A stretch of 32,000 nucleotides of DNA, from positions 660,001-692,000 of the forward strand of contig CP065016.1 in NCBI GenBank assembly GCA_016700375.1, in the 5' to 3' direction. Below are positions 1 through 8,273 of the stretch, piece by piece. The position numbers and the translations under genes were made by a program. The DNA is from Candidatus Saccharimonadota bacterium (GTDB lineage Bacteria; Patescibacteriota; Saccharimonadia; Saccharimonadales; UBA4665). Each line of letters opens with the position of its first letter. Positions within the stretch are counted from its first letter, which is position 1. The notes below the pieces were generated by a model. That model was not told the DNA's origin. It did not search any database and saw nothing but the letters and a program-made list of their open reading frames with translations.

Positions 1-243
1 TACTCCTGTGATGAAACGGCAAAAGCTACCTACCAAAGTCGATACGACTCCGATTATGCATCAGAAGTGAGTAGACATCAAACTGAAGTACAACGCATAG
101 CCGATTATTGGGCGGCGCGCAACGCGTATAACAGCAGCTGGCGTGAAAACGAAGAGACGGCCGAAAATCAAAAGTTTGCAAGCAATGTTTCACAGCTTCA
201 ATCCACGCTTCGCTACCAGCTTGTTTCGATACATTGCGCCTAG
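1..243 (+). CDS. partial CDS (last 80 codons, open to the left window edge), hypothetical; possibly cargo of the integrated element
   Basis: Frame +1 has no stop from nt 1 to TAG at 241-243. It is missing from the ORF track because there is no ATG in the window. The listed 26..292 minus ORF overlaps it and is the alternative reading. A hairpin plus T-run follows at 347-405. Confidence 0.35.
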   Translation, partial: YSCDETAKATYQSRYDSDYASEVSRHQTEVQRIADYWAARNAYNSSWRENEETAENQKFASNVSQLQSTLRYQLVSIHCA

Positions 244-346
244 TACCTTTATGCAGTAGACTGTATTTGTACTTTTCCAATTGAGCCTGCACCCTGCATT
301 TGTGGGGCTACGCTGCCCTTAGGCGGCATATAACTCTTGAAGTCAT

Positions 347-405
347 AAGAGGATAATGAAGAATTTTGCGCTGTAATGCGCTGTTTTTCGTTATCCTCTT
401 TTTTA
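347..405 (+). terminator. hairpin plus T-run, possible intrinsic terminator
   Basis: aagaggataa (347-356) pairs with ttatcctctt (391-400) and is followed by tttt. The 34-nt loop is long and contains an inner gcgc/gcgc hairpin. Confidence 0.35.
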
Positions 406-433
406 CTTGAGATAGCGAAAAGAAAGCTATCTC

Positions 434-685
434 ATGAGATATCACTGCCTGTATAAACTATCTGGGAATACCCGCTGTAACCGCTCGATACCACGCGGTT
501 ATCTTCTCTGTAAAGAGCACAGAGGTGTGCATACCGTTTTGCCGGTGGTTGAGCCGACAATATCTCAAAACCGGCTTGCTCGAGGCGTAGAAGCAATCTG
601 TGTAGCTCGTACATCAATGGCTGAACCTCACCCAAAGGGCAAGATATTCGTAAGAGATAAAATCGGCCGGTCGGTGCTGCTATGA
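434..685 (+). CDS. small Cys-containing hypothetical protein (phage-like context)
   Basis: 83-aa ORF whose TGA overlaps the ATG of the next gene (ATGA at 682-685), which suggests translational coupling. No family recognised. A 106-aa antisense ORF competes with it. Confidence 0.3.
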   Translation: MRYHCLYKLSGNTRCNRSIPRGYLLCKEHRGVHTVLPVVEPTISQNRLARGVEAICVARTSMAEPHPKGKIFVRDKIGRSVLL

Positions 686-1116
686 CAGCCTCAGGTATCG
701 GTCGGCCGCCACAATTCTCAAATGCCGCACAGTTACAGTTATTGATAGACAATTACTTTTCTTCAGCCACAAAGTCATCACCCGCAAGACCTCTAACTAT
801 AACCGGCCTTATGCTTCACTGCGGGTTTGAGAGTCGGCAGTCATTTTATGACTATGAGAAAAAACCCGAGTTTTCTTACACTATAAAAAGAGCCCGGCTT
901 ATGATTGAAAACGTTTATGAGGAACTCTTGCAGAGCGGTCGAGGAGCGGGCGCAATTTTTGCTCTTAAAAACTTCGGCTGGACGGATAAAAGCGAAGTAA
1001 GTATTGAAAGGGACTCAATAGACTATTCGAGCATGACAGATGAAGAACTTGAATCACGTCTGATAGACAGCATTAAAAGAGATTACGGCGTGACGCTTCC
1101 ACGAAAGATGCTGTAG
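682..1116 (+). CDS. terminase small subunit-like / DNA-packaging HTH protein
   Basis: GRPPQF...LIDNYF...PLTITGL...FYDYEKKPEFSYTIKRARLMIE...GAIFALKNFGWTD matches the conserved pattern of phage small terminase (gp3-type packaging) proteins as I recall it. Confidence 0.7.
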   Translation: MTASGIGRPPQFSNAAQLQLLIDNYFSSATKSSPARPLTITGLMLHCGFESRQSFYDYEKKPEFSYTIKRARLMIENVYEELLQSGRGAGAIFALKNFGWTDKSEVSIERDSIDYSSMTDEELESRLIDSIKRDYGVTLPRKML

Positions 1117-1168
1117 TTTTGGCCTTAAGAAGATATCGCTTGAACTTTTTTCATATGAGATAATAAGA

Positions 1169-2824
1169 GTGATGAATGAGCAAAAACTAACACCAGCTGA
1201 CTTATTTACTAATCTGAAGAATGCTTACCGGCAAGATGACATAGAAGAGCTAGATATAAAAACTTTGCGCTATGTGTTGTATGCCCGCCGCTCTACTACG
1301 AATGATGAGCGGCAAGAACGCTCAATCCCAGACCAAATAGCAGACTGCTACGATCGTGTGATAGTACCGAAAGAGCTGAATATAATCGGTGCTGTACGCG
1401 AAGAAAAAGGCTCGGCGAAAGAGCCGAACACTCGGCCGGCATTTCGAACTATGCTTGAAGATATCAAGTCTGGCAAGATAGACGGTATAGTCGCGTGGCA
1501 CCCCGATAGACTCGCAAGAAATATGATGGACGCAGGCGAGATTATAGACTTGCTAGACAAAGGTATATTGAAAGACATACAGTTTGCTACTTCTTCCTTT
1601 GAAAACAGTCCAACCGGCAAAATGCTGCTCGGCATATCTTTCGTGTTGTCAAAGCAATACTCTGAGCACCTGAGCGAAAATATCAAGCGTGGCAATCGGC
1701 GAATGACAGAGGACGGATTATTTCTAGGCAAGATGAAACATGGCTATCTAATATCAGATGACAGGCTTTTCCCCGATAACTGGTTTACGAATATTAAGAC
1801 AGCATTTCAGATGAGGCTAGAGGGTAGCACGCAAGAAGCCATTGTGCAGGCACTGAACAGGTCTGATTACCGGGTACGCAAAAGAGGTAAAGACCCCGAA
1901 AAATACAAATGGGATAAAGACAGTGTGTCTTCTATGCTTAAAGATCCGGTGTACGCAGGGGTGTTGAAATACGGTAATAACCTAGTGAAGCTAGAAGACC
2001 ACTATGATTTTATGCCGGTAGTCACCGTAGAAGAGTTTATGTCTATAAACAAAATCAGCGACTTAAAGTCGCCCGCACTCGTCTCTTCGATGCTTGTTAA
2101 GGAGTCACGAGATACACTAGCTGACCTCATGCGTGGTAGAGTTTATTGCGGCTTTTGCAATAAGCCGTTTACGTCATCAATCACCTCAAAACGTTCAGGC
2201 GATAACCTAACGCACTACTATTACTACCGCTGCGAGAGTGACGGGTGCGTGTTTAAGAACTCCGCCGTGCGCGCTAGTAAGATGATAGAGTTTGCCGCAA
2301 ATTACCTTGAGCAGCATTCTTTCACTACACAGAGCAATTACGACGAATACGTGACCGATAGTAAGCAATATGCTCATACTCAAAAACGCGACATCACCTC
2401 TTCCATTGCCCGCTACACGAAGATAATAAGTGATAAACAAGGCGAATACGATCGAGCAAAAAAGCTTGTAGCGCAAAAACCTGAGCTTTCAAAGCATTAT
2501 GATCTTGACGCGCTGAGCAAAGAGGTAGAGGTATTCACGCAGGAGCAGCAAGAGCTGCAATCAAAAAGAGACAGTCTGGGGGTTGCGCTGCTTACATATC
2601 AAGAATATCTTGAACTTTTCAGTCAAACAGGGGTAATACTGCGTCAATCTGGTGATATGGCGAAACTAGACGCAGTGCTGCGAAAATTCTTCTTGAACTT
2701 CACTATAAAAGCATACGGCAAAGGTTCAAAACAGAGGTGCGATATTACCTGTACGTTAAACGAACCCTTTGCAGGGTTCGTAAGAACGGGTAATTTCGAA
2801 CATGGTCGGGGTGACAGGACTTGA
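1169..2824 (+). CDS. large serine recombinase (integrase)
   Basis: N-terminal resolvase-type motif YARRSTTNDERQERSIPDQ. Central recombinase domain. Zn-ribbon-like CGFCNKPF...YYYRCES..C. Long coiled C-terminus, 551 aa. The last 22 nt overlap the 3' end of tRNA-Pro. Confidence 0.9.
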   Translation: MMNEQKLTPADLFTNLKNAYRQDDIEELDIKTLRYVLYARRSTTNDERQERSIPDQIADCYDRVIVPKELNIIGAVREEKGSAKEPNTRPAFRTMLEDIKSGKIDGIVAWHPDRLARNMMDAGEIIDLLDKGILKDIQFATSSFENSPTGKMLLGISFVLSKQYSEHLSENIKRGNRRMTEDGLFLGKMKHGYLISDDRLFPDNWFTNIKTAFQMRLEGSTQEAIVQALNRSDYRVRKRGKDPEKYKWDKDSVSSMLKDPVYAGVLKYGNNLVKLEDHYDFMPVVTVEEFMSINKISDLKSPALVSSMLVKESRDTLADLMRGRVYCGFCNKPFTSSITSKRSGDNLTHYYYYRCESDGCVFKNSAVRASKMIEFAANYLEQHSFTTQSNYDEYVTDSKQYAHTQKRDITSSIARYTKIISDKQGEYDRAKKLVAQKPELSKHYDLDALSKEVEVFTQEQQELQSKRDSLGVALLTYQEYLELFSQTGVILRQSGDMAKLDAVLRKFFLNFTIKAYGKGSKQRCDITCTLNEPFAGFVRTGNFEHGRGDRT

Positions 2825-2879
2825 ACCTGCGACCTCACGGCCCCCAGCCGTACGCGCTACCAGGCTGCGCTACACCCCG
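2803..2879 (-). tRNA. tRNA-Pro (anticodon GGG)
   Basis: Minus-strand cloverleaf by eye: CGGGGTG TA GCGC AGCCTGGTA GCGC G TACGG CTGGGGG CCGTG AGGTC GCAGG TTCAAGT CCTGT CACCCCG A CCA. Confidence 0.9.
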
Positions 2880-2884
2880 ACGTC

Positions 2885-3290
2885 AGTTCTATTTTACACC
2901 AGTTTCTTTTGAGCAGATGCCTGAAAATGAATCTCCCACGACTTACGGCCGAGGTATCTTCTTGCCCCGCAACATCGACCGTTGGTCGCTGTTCCGCCCG
3001 TGCAGTGTACATGCCACCGGGATGTACACTGCAGCGTTCGGCTCAACCCCGACCTGACGGTCTGGGTATGCCACGCGTTAGCTAATCAATTATGGCATAT
3101 ACCTGCATCATTACCGAAAGTAGTGCTGGGCGCCAACGTGATTAACCCTGAAAAAAATTCAAGGTGGGTACCCGCACGCTACGACCACAGCCGTAGACAA
3201 ATATTGGGTTCCCGTATGATTAGTATTCAGATAATCATACGTTGGCCACCCCGCCGAAACGAGGCCTACCCAGCCCACTAAGTATACCCT
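2885..3290 (-). ncRNA. unassigned structured-RNA candidate (~400 nt); strand tentative
   Basis: No credible ORF in this stretch. Perfect 12-bp hairpin 3001-3033, 9-bp hairpin 3214-3240, and an imperfect hairpin 3065-3103. Possible minus-strand promoter: TTACAA 3302-3307 and TATACT 3281-3286, but the 15-nt spacer is short. The putative 5' end GGGCTGGGTAGGCCTCGTTTCGGCGGGG resembles a tmRNA 5' end, but no matching 3' tRNA-like end is present. Confidence 0.3.
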
Positions 3291-3336
3291 GATAATCTGT
3301 CTTGTAACAGAGTGATCAAACAGATATACTCGTACT

Positions 3337-3804
3337 ATGACTATACTTTTTGTGCAAACTGGTGGAACTATAGATAAAGACTACCCAGAGAACGACAACA
3401 ACCATGGGTACTACTTTGAAATCGGTGAGCCAAGCTTCCTACGTACTCTCGAACGAGGGAACCCCGACTTTTCATACAGGGTTATGACTGTTCTGCGCAA
3501 AGACAGCTTGGACATGACCGACCTTGACCGTGAGCTAATAAAAAAGGCTGTTAGCGCTGCAAAAGAGGATCGTGTTGTTATTACCCACGGCACAGACACC
3601 ATCCACAAAACCGCACAAGCAATCGCGGGCATAAAAGGAAAAACCATCATACTGACTGGATCGCGCTTACCCGAAAAATTCTATGAATCAGAGGCAGACT
3701 TCAACCTCGGTATGGCCATTGCAGGCGCACAGGTGTTGAAGCATGGAGTCTACATAGCGCTATACGGGCTCATTACTCCCTGGGATAAGTTCAACAACAA
3801 ATAG
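3337..3804 (+). CDS. asparaginase-domain protein (short, N-terminal domain only)
   Basis: Has the TGGTIDK catalytic-threonine motif and the HGTDT motif. At 155 aa it is about half a type I L-asparaginase. Confidence 0.7.
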   Translation: MTILFVQTGGTIDKDYPENDNNHGYYFEIGEPSFLRTLERGNPDFSYRVMTVLRKDSLDMTDLDRELIKKAVSAAKEDRVVITHGTDTIHKTAQAIAGIKGKTIILTGSRLPEKFYESEADFNLGMAIAGAQVLKHGVYIALYGLITPWDKFNNK

Positions 3805-3865
3805 TCCAGCAGCACCGGACCTTGCTTACAGCAAATAGTCATTGTGTTGCGATGAAAAATAGGCT

Positions 3866-4477
3866 CTATAAGATAGCTCGTAAAACAGCTTCGTTCATAT
3901 TCCCAAGCCAGCCGCCAAAACCACCCATAACAACGAGCGCAAGTATTATCACAAACCCATATGGTTCAATTCGCTCCATTACGTCTTGGACTGATTCAGG
4001 TGCGAATGCATACAGTACTCTCGAGCCATCAAGGGGTGGTATAGGAATGAGGTTGAAGACGAACAGACCAACGTTAAGCACTAAGAACATCGTTAGTACA
4101 TCGTACGCCAGACCGCTCAACGCAACTGTCTTCAGCACAAACGCCGCCAACACCGCAAGAGCAAGGTTAGAGAGCGGTCCTGCCGCAGCTATCATGGCAG
4201 CACCATATTCGTCGTACTTTACCCTGCCGGGGTTAAACGGCACCGGCTTCGCCGCCAAAAATAGCACATGAAACACTACCCATGTTATTGCCGGAAGTAC
4301 AACAGTCATAAAAGGGTCTATGTGGTCAAGCGGGTTGAGCGAAACCCTCCCTGCATCTTTCGCAGTGCTATCCCCAAGCTTCATGCCTACGTACGCATGA
4401 GCAAATTCGTGCACCGTCATAGCTACCAGTAGGCAGCCAATAAGTATAATGAAGTTATAGACAGAAATTTCACCCAT
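3866..4477 (-). CDS. site-2 protease family (peptidase M50) membrane metalloprotease
   Basis: HEFAHAY (HExxH) sits in a hydrophobic N-terminus. NPLDHIDPF is typical of the family. Multiple TM segments. Confidence 0.85.
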   Translation of the reverse strand: MGEISVYNFIILIGCLLVAMTVHEFAHAYVGMKLGDSTAKDAGRVSLNPLDHIDPFMTVVLPAITWVVFHVLFLAAKPVPFNPGRVKYDEYGAAMIAAAGPLSNLALAVLAAFVLKTVALSGLAYDVLTMFLVLNVGLFVFNLIPIPPLDGSRVLYAFAPESVQDVMERIEPYGFVIILALVVMGGFGGWLGNMNEAVLRAIL

Positions 4478-4497
4478 TGCCTACTAGTATATCAGCG

Positions 4498-4526
4498 TTG
4501 ACTTCAGACGTGAAAATCTGTACAAT
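4498..4526 (+). promoter_or_regulatory. sigma70-type promoter for rpmB
   Basis: TTGACT (4498-4503), 17-nt spacer, TACAAT (4521-4526). GGAG lies 7 nt before the ATG. Confidence 0.5.
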
Positions 4527-4561
4527 TACACCTTGAATCTAACCCTAACTCGGAGTTTGCA

Positions 4562-4753
4562 ATGCAAAAATGTGATCTTACCGGCAAAGGCAAGCAGTAC
4601 GGCAGCAATGTCAGCTTCTCGCAGCGCCACACCAAAAAAGTTTGGAAGCCAAATCTACAGACCAAAACGGTCGAAGTCGATGGCAAAAAAGTAAAGCTAA
4701 AAATCAGCACCCAAGCCATCCGTACCCTGAAGAAAAAAGGCCTTTTGGCATAG
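4562..4753 (+). CDS. rpmB: 50S ribosomal protein L28
   Basis: MQKCDLTGKGKQYGSNVSFSQRHTKKVWKPNLQ is the canonical L28 N-terminus. 63 aa. Confidence 0.9.
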   Translation: MQKCDLTGKGKQYGSNVSFSQRHTKKVWKPNLQTKTVEVDGKKVKLKISTQAIRTLKKKGLLA

Positions 4754-4801
4754 GCTTAGTAGTTAGCCATTGGTAGTTGGTAGTTTGGACGCAGAGAGTG
4801 T

Positions 4802-5124
4802 ATGCAAGGCTCATATACAAACCTTAAAGCATAGCAGTTTGGATATACCCTGGCGCTTGAAACCTACCAGTCAATAAACACTTTCCCAAGCAATGAAAAG
4901 TTCGGCCTCATCAGCCCCAGATGCAGCAATCTGCCGTATCTATTCCATGTAACATTGCTGAGGGCTATGCTCGAATATCTCAGAAAGAAAAGGTTCAGTT
5001 ATACTCTATTTCAAGGGGTTCTGTTGCCGAGCTCCAAACGCAACTTCTAGTTACCAGATGCTTCTGCCCTATGCCTTTTCGAGAATCACAAGCTGTGTTG
5101 TGTCTGACCCATCTGCCGGCTTAA
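4802..5124 (+). pseudogene. degraded four-helix-bundle protein gene (23S rRNA intervening-sequence protein family)
   Basis: SAVSIPCNIAEGYAR..KEK...SISRGSVAELQTQLLV is the family core. The upstream frame reads MQGSYTNLKA*QFGY...NEKFGLIS, with TAG where W is expected. A frameshift follows at about 4913-4920 (two extra C). The 3' end runs into the convergent gene. Confidence 0.55.
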
Positions 5125-5695
5125 ATTGTAGCTTGGCGGTGGTCTCTTTTGGCTCCATGCCGAATGCTTTCATGGCGTCTTCTAGTGATTGCTGTGGCAC
5201 CTCATAACGTAATGCCTTATCGGCATAATGTGTCGGAATGAATACTTTAGGTTCAACTTCTTTAACAACCTGCAAGGCACCGCTTGGGTCAAGTGTGTAC
5301 CCCGTGCCCCCAACAGGTATAAGCATAACGTCCACTAGCCCAATATCTTCAAGTTTTGAGTCACTTAGCTTTGGATAAATATGACCAATTACCAGAATTC
5401 GCGTTTCGCCAACTGTAATCTTATACATAGTTGCGTTGCGCTCCTGCTCCGTGTCCATGTGTGCCCGCGTTTGAATACCGCGCACATTGACGCCGCTCAC
5501 TTCATACTCGCCCGCCATGTCTATGGTCATCTTGGCGCCCTTTACGGGGTTTTGGTGCGGCATGGTAAATAGGCAAATATCGCCGTCTTTTGTGACTGAT
5601 TTCGCACCCAAAGACTCTAGGTTATCATCAAACACCAGTCGAACCTGCTTATTGCTAAGCACAATACAGTTTGCGCCATAAAATTGTATATCCAT
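5069..5695 (-). CDS. MBL-fold (Lactamase_B_3-like) protein; canonical HxHxDH motif not evident
   Basis: The overall pattern (MDIQFYGANCIVL..., VIGH..., IPVGG, IPTHY) resembles UPF0173/UlaG-like beta-lactamase-fold proteins. Confidence 0.55.
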   Translation of the reverse strand: MDIQFYGANCIVLSNKQVRLVFDDNLESLGAKSVTKDGDICLFTMPHQNPVKGAKMTIDMAGEYEVSGVNVRGIQTRAHMDTEQERNATMYKITVGETRILVIGHIYPKLSDSKLEDIGLVDVMLIPVGGTGYTLDPSGALQVVKEVEPKVFIPTHYADKALRYEVPQQSLEDAMKAFGMEPKETTAKLQFKPADGSDTTQLVILEKA

Positions 5696-5831
5696 AAAGT
5701 AACTTCGCTCCTGGTAGTAGATGTTAGTAGATATTTATTAGAAAACCCGAACCACCGACAGGTCTTAGGTATACTATAGCCCAATTCAAGACTATATGCC
5801 AACGAAAGACAGCCGGGCGCTGCGTAGCGCC

Positions 5832-6473
5832 CTAGCTCAGCAAACCAGGCTTATCAAGTATAACTTGTTTCTTGGAAAGCAAGACGTTAGAAATAAAGCG
5901 GTCTTTTATTTGAACGCGGTACCGGAACTCGTCGAGCGAAAATACGGTGTAGCGAAGATCCTTGCCTTCTTGCTCCTCGAGGTCGGTCACATACTTTTGC
6001 AGCGCATTTCGGTTGACATTACCAACAATAAGCACATCTACCCCGCTGGTTTCGTCGCGAGTGAACTGACCCATAAGAGCAGCAATTTCTACATTTCCCA
6101 GCTGCTTCAGGGCGGCAGGCTCCTCTGGCTCCGAAGGAGCCTGCTGGACAGTTGGCTCGGGCACTGCAGCGACATCTTCGGGGAGAACTGCGGGCTTTTT
6201 TGCCGACCTTTTTGGCTTTTGCCCGCCAAAAATTTCTTGCAAAGGAGCATAATAAGCATACTTCTGGTTTACTTCGTAGTAGACTTTGTTGTTACTAGAA
6301 TCGCTGGTGATGATGCCTATATTTAGTAAATTAGCCAGCTCACGGCGCACAGAGTTTATTTGCTCATCAATCTTGCGGGTAATCTCACGCACATAAAATG
6401 ACCGGTTAGGGTTTTCATAAAAAAGATGCAGCAACTTGACGCGCGTTTTGGAACCAAATAGTTGCTCTACCAC
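5832..6473 (-). CDS. winged-helix transcriptional regulator (ArsR-like N-terminus)
   Basis: LFGSKTRVKLLHLFYENPNRSFYVREITRKIDEQINSVRRELANL is a typical wHTH. The C-terminal domain is unassigned. Confidence 0.55.
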   Translation of the reverse strand: MVEQLFGSKTRVKLLHLFYENPNRSFYVREITRKIDEQINSVRRELANLLNIGIITSDSSNNKVYYEVNQKYAYYAPLQEIFGGQKPKRSAKKPAVLPEDVAAVPEPTVQQAPSEPEEPAALKQLGNVEIAALMGQFTRDETSGVDVLIVGNVNRNALQKYVTDLEEQEGKDLRYTVFSLDEFRYRVQIKDRFISNVLLSKKQVILDKPGLLS

Positions 6474-6533
6474 GGTGCACCTCCTTATTCAATACTCTCT
6501 ATAGTGTAGCAGGTTTGCGTATTGAACAAAAAC

Positions 6534-7433
6534 CTATTTGTTCAGAAATGTTGTCACAATGTCTACGGCAATACTGGGGTCAGCCACCCACTGAATACTA
6601 TTGTTGCGCTTAAACCAGGTGCGCTGTTTCTTAGCGAGCTGCATAGTGGAACGTACAATCCGCTCCTCGGTTTCGTCTAGACTTTGCTGCCCTGAGAAGT
6701 ATTCGCGCCACTCACGGTATCCAATGCTTCTCATGGGTTCGCTGTCCCACCCGTATTTGTCCGATAGCCCTCGTACTTCGTTTTCTAGCCCCGCTACTAA
6801 CATGCGTTCAACCCGTTGTTTAACCCGGGATTCCAGCTCATTCCGTTCTATGTGCATGCCAACAATGCACGTATGTGGTCTCAGCGGAGCACGCGCAGAA
6901 GCTACCCCGCCGTTTTCTATTAGGCGGATTACGCGCCGTTTATTGCGTACATCGACCCCAGAAATATCGAGCCCTCGCGACAATGCAAGCGCAAGCAGTT
7001 CGGAAAGCTCCATTGTATTTAATACATCTCTTTCATCGATGTTAAGTGATGGTTTTAATTCATAGTCATACAGCACACTGTCTATGTACAAACCGCTTCC
7101 ACCCACCAAAATAGGCAGCATTCCCCGGGACCAAATATCACTCATCGCCCCTCTAGCGAGACGCTGGAACGCTGCAACATTAAATCCCTGCGCCGGGTCG
7201 GCAATGTCTAGCAAGTGATGCGGTACTGTCAAACGGTCAGCTTCACTTGGTTTGGCCGTACCAATATTGAACCCCCGATACACCGTCATAGCATCGGCAC
7301 ATATAATTTCGCCGTCAAACCGCCGAGCAATTTCCATTGCCAGCGCAGATTTACCACTGGCTGTTTCTCCCACTATGGCTATGAGTTGCGAATCAGAAAT
7401 TGGTAGTTTGTTATTGGTAGTTAGTAACGTCAT
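6534..7433 (-). CDS. miaA: tRNA dimethylallyltransferase
   Basis: P-loop VGETASGKSALA followed by ADAMTVYRGFNIGTAKPS. 299 aa. Confidence 0.9.
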   Translation of the reverse strand: MTLLTTNNKLPISDSQLIAIVGETASGKSALAMEIARRFDGEIICADAMTVYRGFNIGTAKPSEADRLTVPHHLLDIADPAQGFNVAAFQRLARGAMSDIWSRGMLPILVGGSGLYIDSVLYDYELKPSLNIDERDVLNTMELSELLALALSRGLDISGVDVRNKRRVIRLIENGGVASARAPLRPHTCIVGMHIERNELESRVKQRVERMLVAGLENEVRGLSDKYGWDSEPMRSIGYREWREYFSGQQSLDETEERIVRSTMQLAKKQRTWFKRNNSIQWVADPSIAVDIVTTFLNK

Positions 7434-7468
7434 TACTGCTAAATACTACCGACAAAAGTCCAAATACG

Positions 7469-7792
7469 CTACTCTACTGGCCACCACAGTAGCTTTTCTA
7501 CCTCTACCCGCATATCTTCCGAAACCGCCACACCCTCTGACCGCAGATGCTCAGCGTGAGCAGCTCGGCCGCCCGGATACCCTGCTGCCAGCCCGCCAGA
7601 CTTATTCACCACGCGTTGCCAGGGCAAAGCCGGGTCACCAAAGTGTGCAATCCCTCCCACAATCCGCGCCGCCCGCGCATTCCCACACAAAGCCGCCAGC
7701 TGCCCATATGTCATCACCCGCCCCCGCGGAATCTGCCCCACCACTGCCTCCACCCGCCCCCGAAACCCAGCGTCAGTATCCACGGTAGACAT
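7469..7792 (-). CDS. alkyltransferase-like (Atl) protein, MGMT DNA-binding domain without the acceptor cysteine
   Basis: IPRGRVMTYGQLAA...ARIVG...ALPWQRVVNKSG. The PCHR active site reads PWQR. Start moved to MSTVD (7792), because the longer ORF (7849) would overlap the toxin gene by 77 nt. Confidence 0.7.
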   Translation of the reverse strand: MSTVDTDAGFRGRVEAVVGQIPRGRVMTYGQLAALCGNARAARIVGGIAHFGDPALPWQRVVNKSGGLAAGYPGGRAAHAEHLRSEGVAVSEDMRVEVEKLLWWPVE

Positions 7793-8033
7793 CTTTTCTG
7801 TGTCGCACCTCAACGACAATAACGATAAGTCTCTCATCCTCCACGTCATAGATTACTCTGTAATCCCCCTGGCGAAATCGGTACAGCCGATCGTGTCCCC
7901 TCAGCTTCGCGCAACCCACAGGCCGTGGATCATTCGCAAGCATAGCAATCTTACGCACAATGACGGTTCTATGCGCAATTGGAACCTTGCGTATTTCCTT
8001 TGCGGCACTTTTCGACCATACAATACTGTACAT
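7773..8033 (-). CDS. RelE/ParE family type II toxin
   Basis: 86 aa. LRGHDRLYRFRQGDYRVIYDVEDERLIVIVVEVRHRKDVY is the typical RelE/ParE C-terminal pattern. Confidence 0.85.
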   Translation of the reverse strand: MYSIVWSKSAAKEIRKVPIAHRTVIVRKIAMLANDPRPVGCAKLRGHDRLYRFRQGDYRVIYDVEDERLIVIVVEVRHRKDVYRGY

Positions 8034-8042
8034 GCAGCGTAA

Positions 8043-8267
8043 TTACAGAAGTCCCTCTGCTTTCAGCTCTTTTACCAGCTGCGCATGGGTAATGGTGGGC
8101 TCTTTAAGTCGTCGCTCAAGCTCCTCCATATCATAAGTATCCTCTAACACTTGAACCATGAGCGCGTCTTCAACATATTTCGATACTGTGACCCCAGATT
8201 CAAGTGCACTGCGCCGAACTTGTTTGTACAGTTTGTCATTTATAGTCATAGTGGTTCTCATGTTCAT
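8043..8267 (-). CDS. ribbon-helix-helix type antitoxin
   Basis: 74 aa, located directly upstream of the toxin (9-nt gap). N-terminal MTINDKLYKQVRRSALESGVTVSKYVEDAL is CopG/RHH-like. Confidence 0.7.
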   Translation of the reverse strand: MNMRTTMTINDKLYKQVRRSALESGVTVSKYVEDALMVQVLEDTYDMEELERRLKEPTITHAQLVKELKAEGLL

Positions 8268-8273
8268 AGCTTA

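Noticed and set aside
26-292. 88-aa minus ORF at the left edge
   Set aside because: It competes with an edge-open plus-strand frame that has more protein-like composition and a downstream terminator-like hairpin. Neither is certain, so the plus frame is reported with low confidence.
2885-3290. tmRNA (ssrA) assignment
   Set aside because: The 5' end and the TAATGA-plus-hairpin are suggestive. However, there is no T-arm, no acceptor 3' strand complementary to GGGCTGG, no CCA, and the possible tag (..AQHYFR) is unlike known tags. Kept only as an unassigned RNA candidate.
3822-4271. 149-aa plus-strand ORF
   Set aside because: It is entirely antisense to the well-supported M50 protease gene, and its composition is low-complexity and shadow-like. 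The same reasoning applies to 6601..7065, 7252..7788, 7547..7822, 10807..11292, 11794..12180, 20840..21286, 21482..22142 and 23621..24226.
4755-4795. GGTAGTT-rich segment resembling 7400-7432 (shared 10-mer attggtagtt)
   Set aside because: 10-mer recurrences are expected by chance many times in 32 kb, and the second site is inside the miaA coding region.
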